Below, in pieces: positions 20,254 to 29,802 of a stretch of DNA of 64,000 nucleotides. The notes under the pieces are model-generated. The model saw nothing but the letters and a program-made list of their open reading frames with translations, was not told the DNA's origin and searched no databases. Positions within the stretch are counted from its first letter, which is position 1. Every line of letters starts with the position of its first letter. The stretch lies in sequence record SRR31156797_2835, one strand, 5' to 3'. A program made the position numbers and the translations under genes.

Positions 20254-21573
20254 ATGACTCAGGAATCGAGACTCGGACTGCTTGAAGACCTCGATCCCTG
20301 CCAGACCTTCGGCAAGGTGACCAAAGTGGTCGGCCTCATCGCTGAAGGCCACGGTATCAAAGCCCCATTGGGGTCTGTCTGCTACCTTCTGCCGCCTGAC
20401 AGCAAGCCAATACCCGCAGAGGTGGTCGGTTTCCGTGATGGCGCATGCCTGTTCATGCCCTACTCGGACATGCGCGGCATCGGCCCCGGCTCGCTCATCC
20501 AAAACGCCGCAACTCCACCGCATATTCCTGTGGGTAACGCCATGCTTGGCCGTGCAGTGGATGCTTTTGGCGACCCCATGGACGGCAAGGGACTCATCAA
20601 TGCGGATACATTTGTCCCTTTGCACCGTGAGCCACCGAACCCACTAGAACGCCCCAGAATCAATGAACCGCTCGACGTCGGTATTCGCTCGGTCAACTCC
20701 CTGCTGACCCTCGGAAAAGGCCAGCGTGTAGGCATCATGGCCGGTTCCGGTGTCGGTAAATCCACGACACTCGGCATGATGGCGCGCTACACCAAAGCGG
20801 ACATCAATGTCATTGCTCTGGTTGGCGAACGTGGCAGGGAGGTCGTGGAGTTCATGGAACGCGACCTTGGTCCTGAGGGCATGGCCCGTAGTGTCCTTGT
20901 GGTTGCAACCTCAGATAAAAGTCCACTCATCCGTATGCGCGCGGCATACGCAGCAACGGCTGTGGCAGAATATTTTCGGGATCAAGGCAAAGACGTCCTG
21001 CTCATGATGGACTCGGTAACTCGTTTTGCCATGGCTGGCCGTGAAGTCGGGCTGGCCGCTGGTGAACCACCGACCCGTGGCGGATATACACCAAGCGTTT
21101 TTGCCCACCTCCCCCAACTTCTGGAGCGTGCAGGCAAGAGCCCGAAAGGTTCCATTACCGGTATTTATACAGTCCTTGTTGACGGTGATGATTTTACCGA
21201 ACCCATTGCCGACTCCACTCGTTCAATTCTGGACGGTCACATTGTCCTGACTCGTGAACTGGCTGATCTTGGACATTACCCGGCCATTGATGTTCTCAAG
21301 TCCATCAGTCGTCTCCGCAGCGACATCACCACAAAAGAAGCACAGGCAGATGGCCGCACGCTTCTGCGCCATATGGCAACATTCAAAAAAGTGGAAGATA
21401 TGGTCAATATCGGGGCGTATCAGAAAGGAGCCAACCCTGAAGTGGACAAAGCCATTTCCATGGTCGGTCCCATCAACCAGTTCCTGCGACAACTGGTAAC
21501 GGATCAGGAAACCCTTGATGGAGCGTTCACGGCCATGCACAAATTGGTCAATGGAAACGGGAAGCCTCAATAA
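20254..21573 (+). CDS. fliI: Flagellum-specific export ATPase FliI
   Basis: AGSGVGKST, GERGREV, MDSVTRFAMA, GHYPAID. Confidence 0.96.
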   Translation: MTQESRLGLLEDLDPCQTFGKVTKVVGLIAEGHGIKAPLGSVCYLLPPDSKPIPAEVVGFRDGACLFMPYSDMRGIGPGSLIQNAATPPHIPVGNAMLGRAVDAFGDPMDGKGLINADTFVPLHREPPNPLERPRINEPLDVGIRSVNSLLTLGKGQRVGIMAGSGVGKSTTLGMMARYTKADINVIALVGERGREVVEFMERDLGPEGMARSVLVVATSDKSPLIRMRAAYAATAVAEYFRDQGKDVLLMMDSVTRFAMAGREVGLAAGEPPTRGGYTPSVFAHLPQLLERAGKSPKGSITGIYTVLVDGDDFTEPIADSTRSILDGHIVLTRELADLGHYPAIDVLKSISRLRSDITTKEAQADGRTLLRHMATFKKVEDMVNIGAYQKGANPEVDKAISMVGPINQFLRQLVTDQETLDGAFTAMHKLVNGNGKPQ

Positions 21574-21577
21574 GAAA

Positions 21578-23728
21578 TTAAAAAACACCCAGGAACTTTT
21601 TCTTTTGTGATTTCTTTGTAGACGCAGGTTTCTCCTCGCAACAGCTCTCATCCAAAGCGGACCCAACGCCCTTAATGGCATTGGTTACACCACCGAGCAC
21701 CCCCCCGACGACGCCTACAACAGCACCGCCCAAGGCTTTAACGTACTCCGTCACTGACACCCAATATTGAGGATTGTCCAATGTCCCCGTGACATGAATC
21801 GGCACGAGAACTCCAAAAAGGTCATCAGAGGTTTTACCCCCCTGCCCACCGGCTTGGGGAACCAGCTTTGCTTTGACCATGTAGTCGATCTTGTTGTTCA
21901 CTAACGAAACAGCTCCATGCCCACGTGCTCGCAAGCCCGGCGCCATGACTTCCAAATCATCATTATTCAATATGCCGTCTTTAATGAAACCGGTCCCTTT
22001 GATCGAACCGAACCGCGTTGACTCGTCTTTCTCGCCTTCAACTTTACCACCCTTGGATTGACGTTCATGGGTTTCACGGGCCATTTTCACAACATTCACC
22101 CCAGGGAAAACGCCGTCAGCTAAACTAAAAGAAAGCTTACCGTTCAAGGTCCGACGCATGGTTTCTATTCGCTCACCTCGACTCATGAGCGTGGCATCAA
22201 AATCTGCAATTCCGGAATACTTGGAATTTTTGTCAAGATCTCGGCTGAAACCACCAATATCCAACGACTTGACCTGCACAGCCACATCCGTTTTAGGTGT
22301 CTTTTCAACAGCCGAGGCAATGGCATCCAACTTTAGTGAACCGCCATACGCACTTGCCATGACAGGCGACAATTTAACCAGGCCGTCTTTCGCTGTCAGA
22401 TGAGCAGTCACAGATTGAAAGTGAGCTTGAGCCAATTTCAACTCTGCCACTTTGGCCTCAATATCCACATCCAACTCACGAAGCATTTTCGCCGACAGCA
22501 CAACATCATCTGAACCACCAGATGCAACGGCTTCCTTTGAGACTTCGGTTTGTGCTTGATGTTCGGGTGGCAAATATCTGTCCAAATCAAGTTTACCTAC
22601 ATCCAAGCGAGCAAAGCATGAAGGAAGAGTTTGACCACGTTCTACACGCGCATTACCCACAATACGAGCGCCATCCACGTCCATTTTCAAGGTTTTCATA
22701 TCAATAAGGCCGTGAACAAATGAAAAATCGACCATACCACCAACACTGGTCAAAGCAGTCGGATCGACGACATTCAATGGTTTTTCGCCCATAGCTACCA
22801 TGGTTTTCTGCACATCAAACGGATCAACCGTAAGCACACCCGCGGCAGCTTTCAACCCTTGAGTTATCCCTTCCACAGTCCCATCGACATGAACCGTTGC
22901 ACCATAGGCTGACATGTCCAATCCTGTAATCTGGGCATGCTCCTTATTAAAATCAAGAGCCATAAAATTAAAGGAAGCAACAGCTTTGACACTACCACCA
23001 GGGACAGATTCCCCCTGAGCGTCAACATTCACCTGCATATCCATATGCCCGTATTCACGATTGGCAAAATCGATGGACGAGTTACCTTTGATCTTTAAAA
23101 CACCTCTCGCATCAGGCCGGGAACATTCAAAATTCAAAGACACATCAACAGGAAACAGTGAACCTTCCGCGATCTTCCCAGTCGTCAAGTTAATACCGCG
23201 CAATATGAATTTCGTTTCTGTTTTTCGATCATCCCACAGAAGACTGCCGTTGCTCACCGACACACCCGCTACTTCAAGGGAAAACGGTTCACTGGATTGT
23301 GCGTCCTCATCGGCTATTGCCTGACGCCCGACAATATCATCCCAATTCGTCGTGCCATCAACAGCTCGCCCCATATTCAGGACCAAATCATCCAATACGA
23401 GTTTACCAAATTTAACCCTGCCCAAAAGCAAAGGCAAAACCCGTACGGAAACACTGACAGAAGAAGCCCGAATCATGGGTTCTGGTCCGAAAGCAGCATT
23501 ATTACTCAAACTGACGGCACCCATTTCGATACCAACATTCGGAAACAACAATAGATCAAGATCACCGTCAAAAATCAGTGTCCGTCCTGTTTCCTCAAAT
23601 ACGATCCGCGAAATGCGGTCCTTATAGTCATTGGGGTCGACAACAGAAGAAAAGACCAAAAGCGCGACAACAAATAAAGCTGCGCAGGTTCCAATGAAAA
23701 AGACACTGTATTTCGCCACTTTGTTCAT
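21578..23728 (-). CDS. AsmA family protein
   Basis: N-terminal anchor then DPNDYKDRI...TGRTL; beta-rich body; AsmA-like C-terminus. Confidence 0.85.
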   Translation of the reverse strand: MNKVAKYSVFFIGTCAALFVVALLVFSSVVDPNDYKDRISRIVFEETGRTLIFDGDLDLLLFPNVGIEMGAVSLSNNAAFGPEPMIRASSVSVSVRVLPLLLGRVKFGKLVLDDLVLNMGRAVDGTTNWDDIVGRQAIADEDAQSSEPFSLEVAGVSVSNGSLLWDDRKTETKFILRGINLTTGKIAEGSLFPVDVSLNFECSRPDARGVLKIKGNSSIDFANREYGHMDMQVNVDAQGESVPGGSVKAVASFNFMALDFNKEHAQITGLDMSAYGATVHVDGTVEGITQGLKAAAGVLTVDPFDVQKTMVAMGEKPLNVVDPTALTSVGGMVDFSFVHGLIDMKTLKMDVDGARIVGNARVERGQTLPSCFARLDVGKLDLDRYLPPEHQAQTEVSKEAVASGGSDDVVLSAKMLRELDVDIEAKVAELKLAQAHFQSVTAHLTAKDGLVKLSPVMASAYGGSLKLDAIASAVEKTPKTDVAVQVKSLDIGGFSRDLDKNSKYSGIADFDATLMSRGERIETMRRTLNGKLSFSLADGVFPGVNVVKMARETHERQSKGGKVEGEKDESTRFGSIKGTGFIKDGILNNDDLEVMAPGLRARGHGAVSLVNNKIDYMVKAKLVPQAGGQGGKTSDDLFGVLVPIHVTGTLDNPQYWVSVTEYVKALGGAVVGVVGGVLGGVTNAIKGVGSALDESCCEEKPASTKKSQKKKFLGVF

Positions 23729-23755
23729 CAGAAACCCCGGTCAGGCCGTTGCCAG

Positions 23756-24064
23756 TTATGTGTTCAGGAGTTGTTTGATTGCAAGGAGTTCGTCTCGAAC
23801 TTCCAAAAGAATATCACTATGCTCTCTACTATGCAGTTTTCGCTTCGCACCATCAATGGTCAGTCCTTCATCGTAGAGCAACCGTTTGATTTCACGGATA
23901 AGAACCAAGTTATCCTCTGTGTAGAGTCGCTGGCCGCTCTCGGTCCTGATGGGGGTGATTTCATCAAACTCATTTTCCCAGAACCGGAGCACATACGTTT
24001 TCACGCCAAGTTCACGAGCCGCTTCGCCGATTCTGTATCGTTTGAAATCCTGCAAATCTTCCAT
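23756..24064 (-). CDS. MerR family HTH regulator (type usually found after pheT/ihfA)
   Basis: YRIGEAARELGVKTYVLRFWENEF, GQRLY, LLYDEGLTIDGAK. Confidence 0.9.
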   Translation of the reverse strand: MEDLQDFKRYRIGEAARELGVKTYVLRFWENEFDEITPIRTESGQRLYTEDNLVLIREIKRLLYDEGLTIDGAKRKLHSREHSDILLEVRDELLAIKQLLNT

Positions 24065-24101
24065 TTGTTTTATCTAGCAAATAGGGACGGTTCCTTCAAA
24101 T

Positions 24102-24141
24102 AAAAAAGCCTCCGACTCATTTGGAGCACGGAGGCTCTTTT
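24102..24141 (-). terminator. Intrinsic terminator after the papain-like gene
   Basis: AGCCTCCG/CGGAGGCT stem, T6 tail on the minus strand. Confidence 0.7.
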
Positions 24142-24154
24142 ACACCTCTCAAAA

Positions 24155-24817
24155 TCATACATCCCATTGTGCCGGATCAAGCGTGTTATACCGTTTAATG
24201 GACTTCAAATCCTTATCGACTTTTATCTGATGATATTCACCCTTGAAGATACTCCACCGGCAAAGATCAATCGGCGTTACTTCAGAAGCATTGACAGTGC
24301 CGACAACACCTGCTTTTTCCAGACCTGCCGCAACCAGTTCCGAGCAGAAGAACTTACTGAAATCCTCCCGGTTGTATCCAGGGCCATGGAGTCCAAAGGG
24401 AAGCTGGTCCAACGCATCTACTGCAGATTTCACGGCCTGAGGCATATCGTAACAAATACGTTTTTGAGCTTGATCAAAGAGAAAATTATAAAATTTTTCT
24501 CCAGCTTCAGCGCTCATCTCACTTTCAAGGGGAAGCCACCAGATATCACCTTCATACGAATTAACCCTGTCGCTCAAACGAGACACGTTAACTCCGTTAA
24601 AACCATTGAGCGATGTTGATTCAATAATCTGATTGAAATACCGTCCGGTCGAATCCGCCATGACTTTTGTCTGCAAAACGACTCCCACATGCGACACCGG
24701 GGACCACGTTGCCCATTTAATAATTTCGGAGAAATGCCCCTTCCCACTGAAAGCTACAACATCTCCCGGCTTCATCAATTCACGCACTTCCGCATAAGTC
24801 GACTGAATAAGCCCCAT
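24155..24817 (-). CDS. Permuted papain-like NlpC/P60 (YiiX/YaeF-like) cysteine hydrolase
   Basis: PGDVV, SHVGV (His), IES, YD and FCSELV (Cys after His, the permuted order). Confidence 0.8.
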   Translation of the reverse strand: MGLIQSTYAEVRELMKPGDVVAFSGKGHFSEIIKWATWSPVSHVGVVLQTKVMADSTGRYFNQIIESTSLNGFNGVNVSRLSDRVNSYEGDIWWLPLESEMSAEAGEKFYNFLFDQAQKRICYDMPQAVKSAVDALDQLPFGLHGPGYNREDFSKFFCSELVAAGLEKAGVVGTVNASEVTPIDLCRWSIFKGEYHQIKVDKDLKSIKRYNTLDPAQWDV

Positions 24818-24893
24818 AGCTACCTCCTCTAAAAAAAGTTGAGTGGATAGCCGTTCAATACACTATATTTATGTTTTATCCTATATTCTGAAC

Positions 24894-24926
24894 AAAAAAG
24901 AGAGGAAGGTTTCCCTTCCTCTCTTT
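24894..24926 (-). terminator. Intrinsic terminator after pheT
   Basis: Minus strand AAAGAGAGGAAGG-gaaa-CCTTCCTCTC followed by T6. Confidence 0.85.
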
Positions 24927-24946
24927 AACGTATTTTTTACAGGAAC

Positions 24947-27346
24947 CTAGAAGTGTATCGGCAGATTCTTCTCAAGAGCAGCCAGCACTTTTTTATGTTC
25001 CTTATCAACCTGTTTGTCCTTCAACGTCTTGGTCGGTGACCGATAAGTCAAACGGAAAGACAAATTGCGTTCCTCTTCCTGGCCTTCCGGCACATACTCG
25101 GCCACAAGCTCCACGGACTCCATGAGACTGACTTTGGACTCCTTGATAACCTTGCGAATAGCATCGGCACCAAGGGTAATCGGTCCAATAACGGTCACGT
25201 CACGACGACTGGGCGGAAACACCGGCAGCGGCGCAAATTCGATTTTGTGTTCTTCTGTCATGGTCCGCAACACGTCCAGATCGAGATCAACAAGCCATGC
25301 TTCTTTACGAGCATGGTAGTAATCCGCAATATTCTCCTTGACGCAACCAATAAGCCCAACCGGCATCTCGTTGACTGTCACCTGCACGCACGGCTCCAAA
25401 TAGGCATGGTCTTCGACCAGACTGAATTCAGGGGCTTCCAGCTTGAGATGATTCTCAATGAGATGTTCAATATGTCCTTTGGCATCAAGATAGTCTGCAC
25501 TTTCCACGCCCCACGGCCATTCATTGGCATGACGCGGACCGTACAGTAGAACACCCAAACGAGTATGTTCAGACGTCTCGGTTTCAGATTCGGCATCGGC
25601 CAGAAATTTCTTGGCCACTTCGAAAATGCGAACGTGATTATTACCCTGCGCCAAGTTATTCTTAAGCGTATTCAACAAGCCAGGCGCGAGGTCGGTGCGC
25701 ATGACATTCTGATCTTCACTCAAAGGATTGGCGATGAAGACTCGTCCTTCCTCAGGAAGATTGAGGCGATCCAAATCATCGGAACCGACAAAGCTATAGT
25801 TCACAGCTTCATTCAGACCGATACCGGCCCCCCACAATTTGATATTCCTGATAAAGGCATATTCTGTACCGCCTGAGACTGTATCCAATGACTTCGAAAC
25901 ACGAGGCAGAACAGCCGGAATCTGATCCAAACCGAAAACACGACCAACTTCCTCATACAAGTCCACTTCACGCTCAAGGTCGAGGCGGTGGGACGGAGAA
26001 GAAACAGTCCAATTATCAGCATTGGAATCATCCACGGAACACCCTTCGCCTTCAAAAACCTTTTTGGCGAATTCCTGTTCCAAATCAAGGCCGAGCAGAG
26101 ACATGCACCGTGCATGGCGATAGCCATGTGTGCGATCCTGCCACGGAGTCGGCTCATTAGAAACAACACCGGAAACAACAGAGCCGCCGGAAGCTTCGGC
26201 CATGAGCTGAGCTGCACGGTCCTGACAGAAACGAGTCAACTGCTGATCCACACCACGTTCGAAACGATAAGACGCATCAGACGGCAGCGCTAAACGGCGA
26301 GCAGTCTTGCGAACAGTACCCGGACGAAAAACAGCAGCTTCCAATAAAACATTGGTGGATTCGGCGTGCATCTCGGAATTAGCACCACCCATAACGCCCG
26401 CAAGGGCAACGGGTTTCTTGCCATCCCAAATAAGCAGATCCTTGGCTGTCAGCGTCCGCTCTATATCGTCCAATGTAGTAAATTTCATACCGTCTGTTGC
26501 CGGAGCCACACGAATGGTCGCATCTTCAATCAAATCAAGATCAAAGGCATGAAGAGGCTGTCCCAATTCGAACATGATGTAGTTGGTCACATCAACAATA
26601 TTGGATATGGGACGTTGACCCAATGCGAGCAATTTGAAACGCATCCAGTCAGGAGACTTGCGAGTTTCAACGCCACGTATAATACGGCCATGATATGCCG
26701 GACACAGTGCCGGATCATCGATCAAAATTTTCAAATCTTCAGCAGCGTTGCCGCCTGCCTCTACCAGATTCAACTCCGGCATGGTCAAGGGCAGGTCAAA
26801 TGCCAACGCAGTCTCACGAGCAAAGCCAAGAATAGACAAGCAATCTGCACGGTTGGGTGTGATGTCAAAATCAAAAACCACACGCTCCAGATTCATTGCG
26901 TCCACAAGTTTCGCACCGACCGTAAAGGAATCATCCAGAACCCAGATACCATCATGATCGTCGGAAAATCCAAGTTCACGCTCAGAACAAATCATGCCAA
27001 ACGACTTGATTCCGCGCAGCTTGGCTTTCTTGATCTTCATGCCCTCTGGCATAACTGTACCAACAGTGGCTACCGGGACTTTCTGCCCCTTACCAACGTT
27101 GGGAGCACCGCACACGATGGTCAGGGTCTCAGGACCGCCAACATCAACGGTACAGACCGAAAGCTTCTCGGCCTCAGGGTGCTTTTCGCACTCCACGACG
27201 TGGCCGACCACAATGTCCTTGATATTCTCGAAAGGATCGTCGATCCCTTCAAGTTCAAGACCCAACATGGTGAGCTTGTCACCCAGAACCTGAATATCGC
27301 CCTCGTAGGGAACGAACTCACGCAACCAATTAAGACTGACTAACAT
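24947..27346 (-). CDS. pheT: Phenylalanine-tRNA ligase beta subunit
   Basis: IVCGAPNV, SFGMICSERELG, ITPNRADCLS, ASYRFERGVD, FDX-ACB C-terminus. Confidence 0.97.
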   Translation of the reverse strand: MLVSLNWLREFVPYEGDIQVLGDKLTMLGLELEGIDDPFENIKDIVVGHVVECEKHPEAEKLSVCTVDVGGPETLTIVCGAPNVGKGQKVPVATVGTVMPEGMKIKKAKLRGIKSFGMICSERELGFSDDHDGIWVLDDSFTVGAKLVDAMNLERVVFDFDITPNRADCLSILGFARETALAFDLPLTMPELNLVEAGGNAAEDLKILIDDPALCPAYHGRIIRGVETRKSPDWMRFKLLALGQRPISNIVDVTNYIMFELGQPLHAFDLDLIEDATIRVAPATDGMKFTTLDDIERTLTAKDLLIWDGKKPVALAGVMGGANSEMHAESTNVLLEAAVFRPGTVRKTARRLALPSDASYRFERGVDQQLTRFCQDRAAQLMAEASGGSVVSGVVSNEPTPWQDRTHGYRHARCMSLLGLDLEQEFAKKVFEGEGCSVDDSNADNWTVSSPSHRLDLEREVDLYEEVGRVFGLDQIPAVLPRVSKSLDTVSGGTEYAFIRNIKLWGAGIGLNEAVNYSFVGSDDLDRLNLPEEGRVFIANPLSEDQNVMRTDLAPGLLNTLKNNLAQGNNHVRIFEVAKKFLADAESETETSEHTRLGVLLYGPRHANEWPWGVESADYLDAKGHIEHLIENHLKLEAPEFSLVEDHAYLEPCVQVTVNEMPVGLIGCVKENIADYYHARKEAWLVDLDLDVLRTMTEEHKIEFAPLPVFPPSRRDVTVIGPITLGADAIRKVIKESKVSLMESVELVAEYVPEGQEEERNLSFRLTYRSPTKTLKDKQVDKEHKKVLAALEKNLPIHF

Positions 27347-27425
27347 TGCACTACCGTAATCGGTGAAAAGTTATGAAAAACGACCCGAATGATCCACGCG
27401 GAATCATTCGGGCCGCACTGAATCT

Positions 27426-28478
27426 CTAAGCGAATTGTTCCAGGAACCGGACGTCGTTTTCAAAGAACATACGCAGATCACCAATGCCGTATTTCAGCAT
27501 GGCAATACGCTCTATGCCCATTCCAAATGCAAAGCCGGTAAAGACTTCCGGGTCGTAACCCACGGATTTGAAAACATTGGGATCAACCATGCCGCAACCC
27601 AGAATCTCAACCCAGCCAGTACCTTTACAGACACGACAGGTTGAGCCGTCCTTTTCACCTTTTCCACCGCACATAACGCAGGAGATATCAACTTCTGCAG
27701 ACGGTTCAGTAAAGGGGAAAAAGCTCGGGCGAAAACGGACATCAGTCTGAGAGCCGAATATCTGACGTACAAAAACGGTCAAGGTACCACGCAGGTCAGC
27801 CATGGACACATTCTTGTCAACCAGAAGCCCTTCGATCTGATGAAACATGGGGGTGTGGGTCAAATCGGAATCACGACGGTATACTTTGCCAGGACAAATA
27901 ACGGCTACAGGTGGCTCCTGCTTGAGCATAGAGCGAATCTGCATACCAGATGTATGTGTCCGCAGCACGATATTGTCCGACACATAAAGCGTATCCTGCA
28001 TGTCGCGAGCCGGATGCTCTGGCGGCATGTTCAGCGCTTCGAAGTTGTGCCAGTCGTTCTCGACTTCAGGCCCGGCTGCTTGCTCGAAACCAAGACCGGT
28101 CAGCACGTTGCACACTTCATCCATAACAAGTGTCACAGGATGAAGGGAACCTGCCCATGGCTTACGCCCCGGCATGGAAGGATCGAATTTGGACAGCGCT
28201 TCGGAGGCCTCGGCCTTATGCAGATCGGCTTCCCAAGAATCAAGCAACGCCGTAATGGCCTGCTTGACCGTGTTGGCCTTCTGCCCAGCTTCAGGCTTTT
28301 CCGAATTGTCGAGCTTACCAAGCTGGCCCATCATTCCGGCGAGCTTGCCTTTGCGGCCCAGGAACTCGATGCGGAGTTCCTCCAGTTCCTTTAAAGAACA
28401 AGCCTGGCCCTTGCGAGATTCGCAATCCTGGGCCAGGCTGTCGAGTCCTTCCAGGAAGGACTTCAATTCATTACTCAC
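27426..28478 (-). CDS. pheS: Phenylalanine-tRNA ligase alpha subunit
   Basis: [40 protein letters not shown]. Confidence 0.98.
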   Translation of the reverse strand: MSNELKSFLEGLDSLAQDCESRKGQACSLKELEELRIEFLGRKGKLAGMMGQLGKLDNSEKPEAGQKANTVKQAITALLDSWEADLHKAEASEALSKFDPSMPGRKPWAGSLHPVTLVMDEVCNVLTGLGFEQAAGPEVENDWHNFEALNMPPEHPARDMQDTLYVSDNIVLRTHTSGMQIRSMLKQEPPVAVICPGKVYRRDSDLTHTPMFHQIEGLLVDKNVSMADLRGTLTVFVRQIFGSQTDVRFRPSFFPFTEPSAEVDISCVMCGGKGEKDGSTCRVCKGTGWVEILGCGMVDPNVFKSVGYDPEVFTGFAFGMGIERIAMLKYGIGDLRMFFENDVRFLEQFA

Positions 28479-28481
28479 AAT

Positions 28482-28835
28482 TTAGCTCACTTTGGCTTTT
28501 GCTGCCTCTGCGATTTTGGCGAACACTTCAGGATCGCGCACTGCCATATCAGCCAGAACCTTACGGTTCAGCTCGATGCCGGCCAGCTTGAGACCATTCA
28601 TCAAACGGCTGTAGGACAGTCCGTTGAGACGGGCGGCGGCATTGATGCGAATGATCCACAATTTGCGGAATTCGCGTTTCTTACGTTTACGGTCGCGGTA
28701 TGCGTTACACAGAGCTTTCTCTACACGCTCGCGAGCTGTGCGGTACAGGCGGCTGCCTGCGCCACGATAGCCTTTGGCCATCTTCAGATACTTTTTGTGA
28801 CGCCTCTTGGCGGGCACTCCACGCTTTACTCTCAT
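28482..28835 (-). CDS. rplT: 50S ribosomal protein L20
   Basis: MRVKRG...AKGYRG...[14 protein letters not shown]. Confidence 0.98.
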   Translation of the reverse strand: MRVKRGVPAKRRHKKYLKMAKGYRGAGSRLYRTARERVEKALCNAYRDRKRKKREFRKLWIIRINAAARLNGLSYSRLMNGLKLAGIELNRKVLADMAVRDPEVFAKIAEAAKAKVS

Positions 28836-29017
28836 GGTAAAACCTCCATCGCTTATTTACCTCCCGGGCCGGACGGACTCCCCCGACGAGGCGGATTGCT
28901 TTAAATGTTAATGTAAATCAACGGGCATCTCGACTGAACCGAACTGACGCTACGTGCGAACCGGGGCCATTCCCCGGCTCTCTTTAAACGCGGCCAGCAG
29001 GTTTATCAGGCGGATTG

Positions 29018-29215
29018 CTAGCCGTTGGGCAACTGACGACGAACAGCTTTCATGTTGGCGGAGTCCACTGTGGTGGACTGGCCCAGGCGACGCTTTCTCT
29101 TGGCATTCTTCTTGGTCAGAATGTGCCTGAGGTTTTTGCGGCGACGCTTGAACTTGCCAGTAGCGGTTTTGGAAAACCGCTTCGCTGCTGCGCGGCGAGT
29201 TTTGATCTTAGGCAT
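29018..29215 (-). CDS. rpmI: 50S ribosomal protein L35
   Basis: [14 protein letters not shown]...HILTKK. Confidence 0.97.
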   Translation of the reverse strand: MPKIKTRRAAAKRFSKTATGKFKRRRKNLRHILTKKNAKRKRRLGQSTTVDSANMKAVRRQLPNG

Positions 29216-29256
29216 AGTAGTATCCTCCTAAAAGGGAACAAGTCCCCTATGAGTCT

Positions 29257-29802
29257 CTATTTTTTCACGGGAGCAAGCATCATTGTCATGGTCCGTCCTT
29301 CTGACATTGGCTTGCTCTCGACTTTAGCGATATCCAGCGTATCCTCCACGACCCTGTCGAGCATCATCAGCCCGCGGTCCTTATGGACGATTTCGCGTCC
29401 TCGAAAGAAGATGGTCACTTTACAGCGATCTCCTGCATCGAGGAATTTAACAATTTTCTTGAGCTTGGTCTGGTAATCGTGCTCATCGGTTTTGGGCCGG
29501 AACTTGACTTCCTTGATCTTAATTACGGTCTGTTTCTTCTTAGCTTCCTGCAACTTCTTCTGCTGCTGGTACTTAAACTTACCATAATCCATGATCTTAC
29601 AGACAGGCGGATCGGCGTTCGGCGCGACCTCCACAAGATCAAGCCCTTTTTCGCGAGCGCGTTCTAAAGCGTCGCGGGTTGCCAGTACGCCCAACTGCTC
29701 ACCGTCATCATCCACGACTCGCACCTTAGGGATGCGAATTCTGTCGTTGCGCCGGACCTCGTCTTTCCGCTGGTCGCGGCGGTAGTTACCCCGAAAAGCT
29801 AT
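29257..29802 (-). CDS. infC: Translation initiation factor IF-3 (non-canonical ATA start)
   Basis: [26 protein letters not shown]; frame extends 26 codons upstream of the GTG to ATA at 29802, preceded by GGAGG inside the thrS 3' end. Confidence 0.95.
   Translation of the reverse strand: MAFRGNYRRDQRKDEVRRNDRIRIPKVRVVDDDGEQLGVLATRDALERAREKGLDLVEVAPNADPPVCKIMDYGKFKYQQQKKLQEAKKKQTVIKIKEVKFRPKTDEHDYQTKLKKIVKFLDAGDRCKVTIFFRGREIVHKDRGLMMLDRVVEDTLDIAKVESKPMSEGRTMTMMLAPVKK

Noticed and set aside
26366-27343. 325-aa plus-strand ORF opposite pheT (and similar ORFs opposite thrS, purA and the GT2 gene)
   Set aside because: Antisense shadows of well-supported genes
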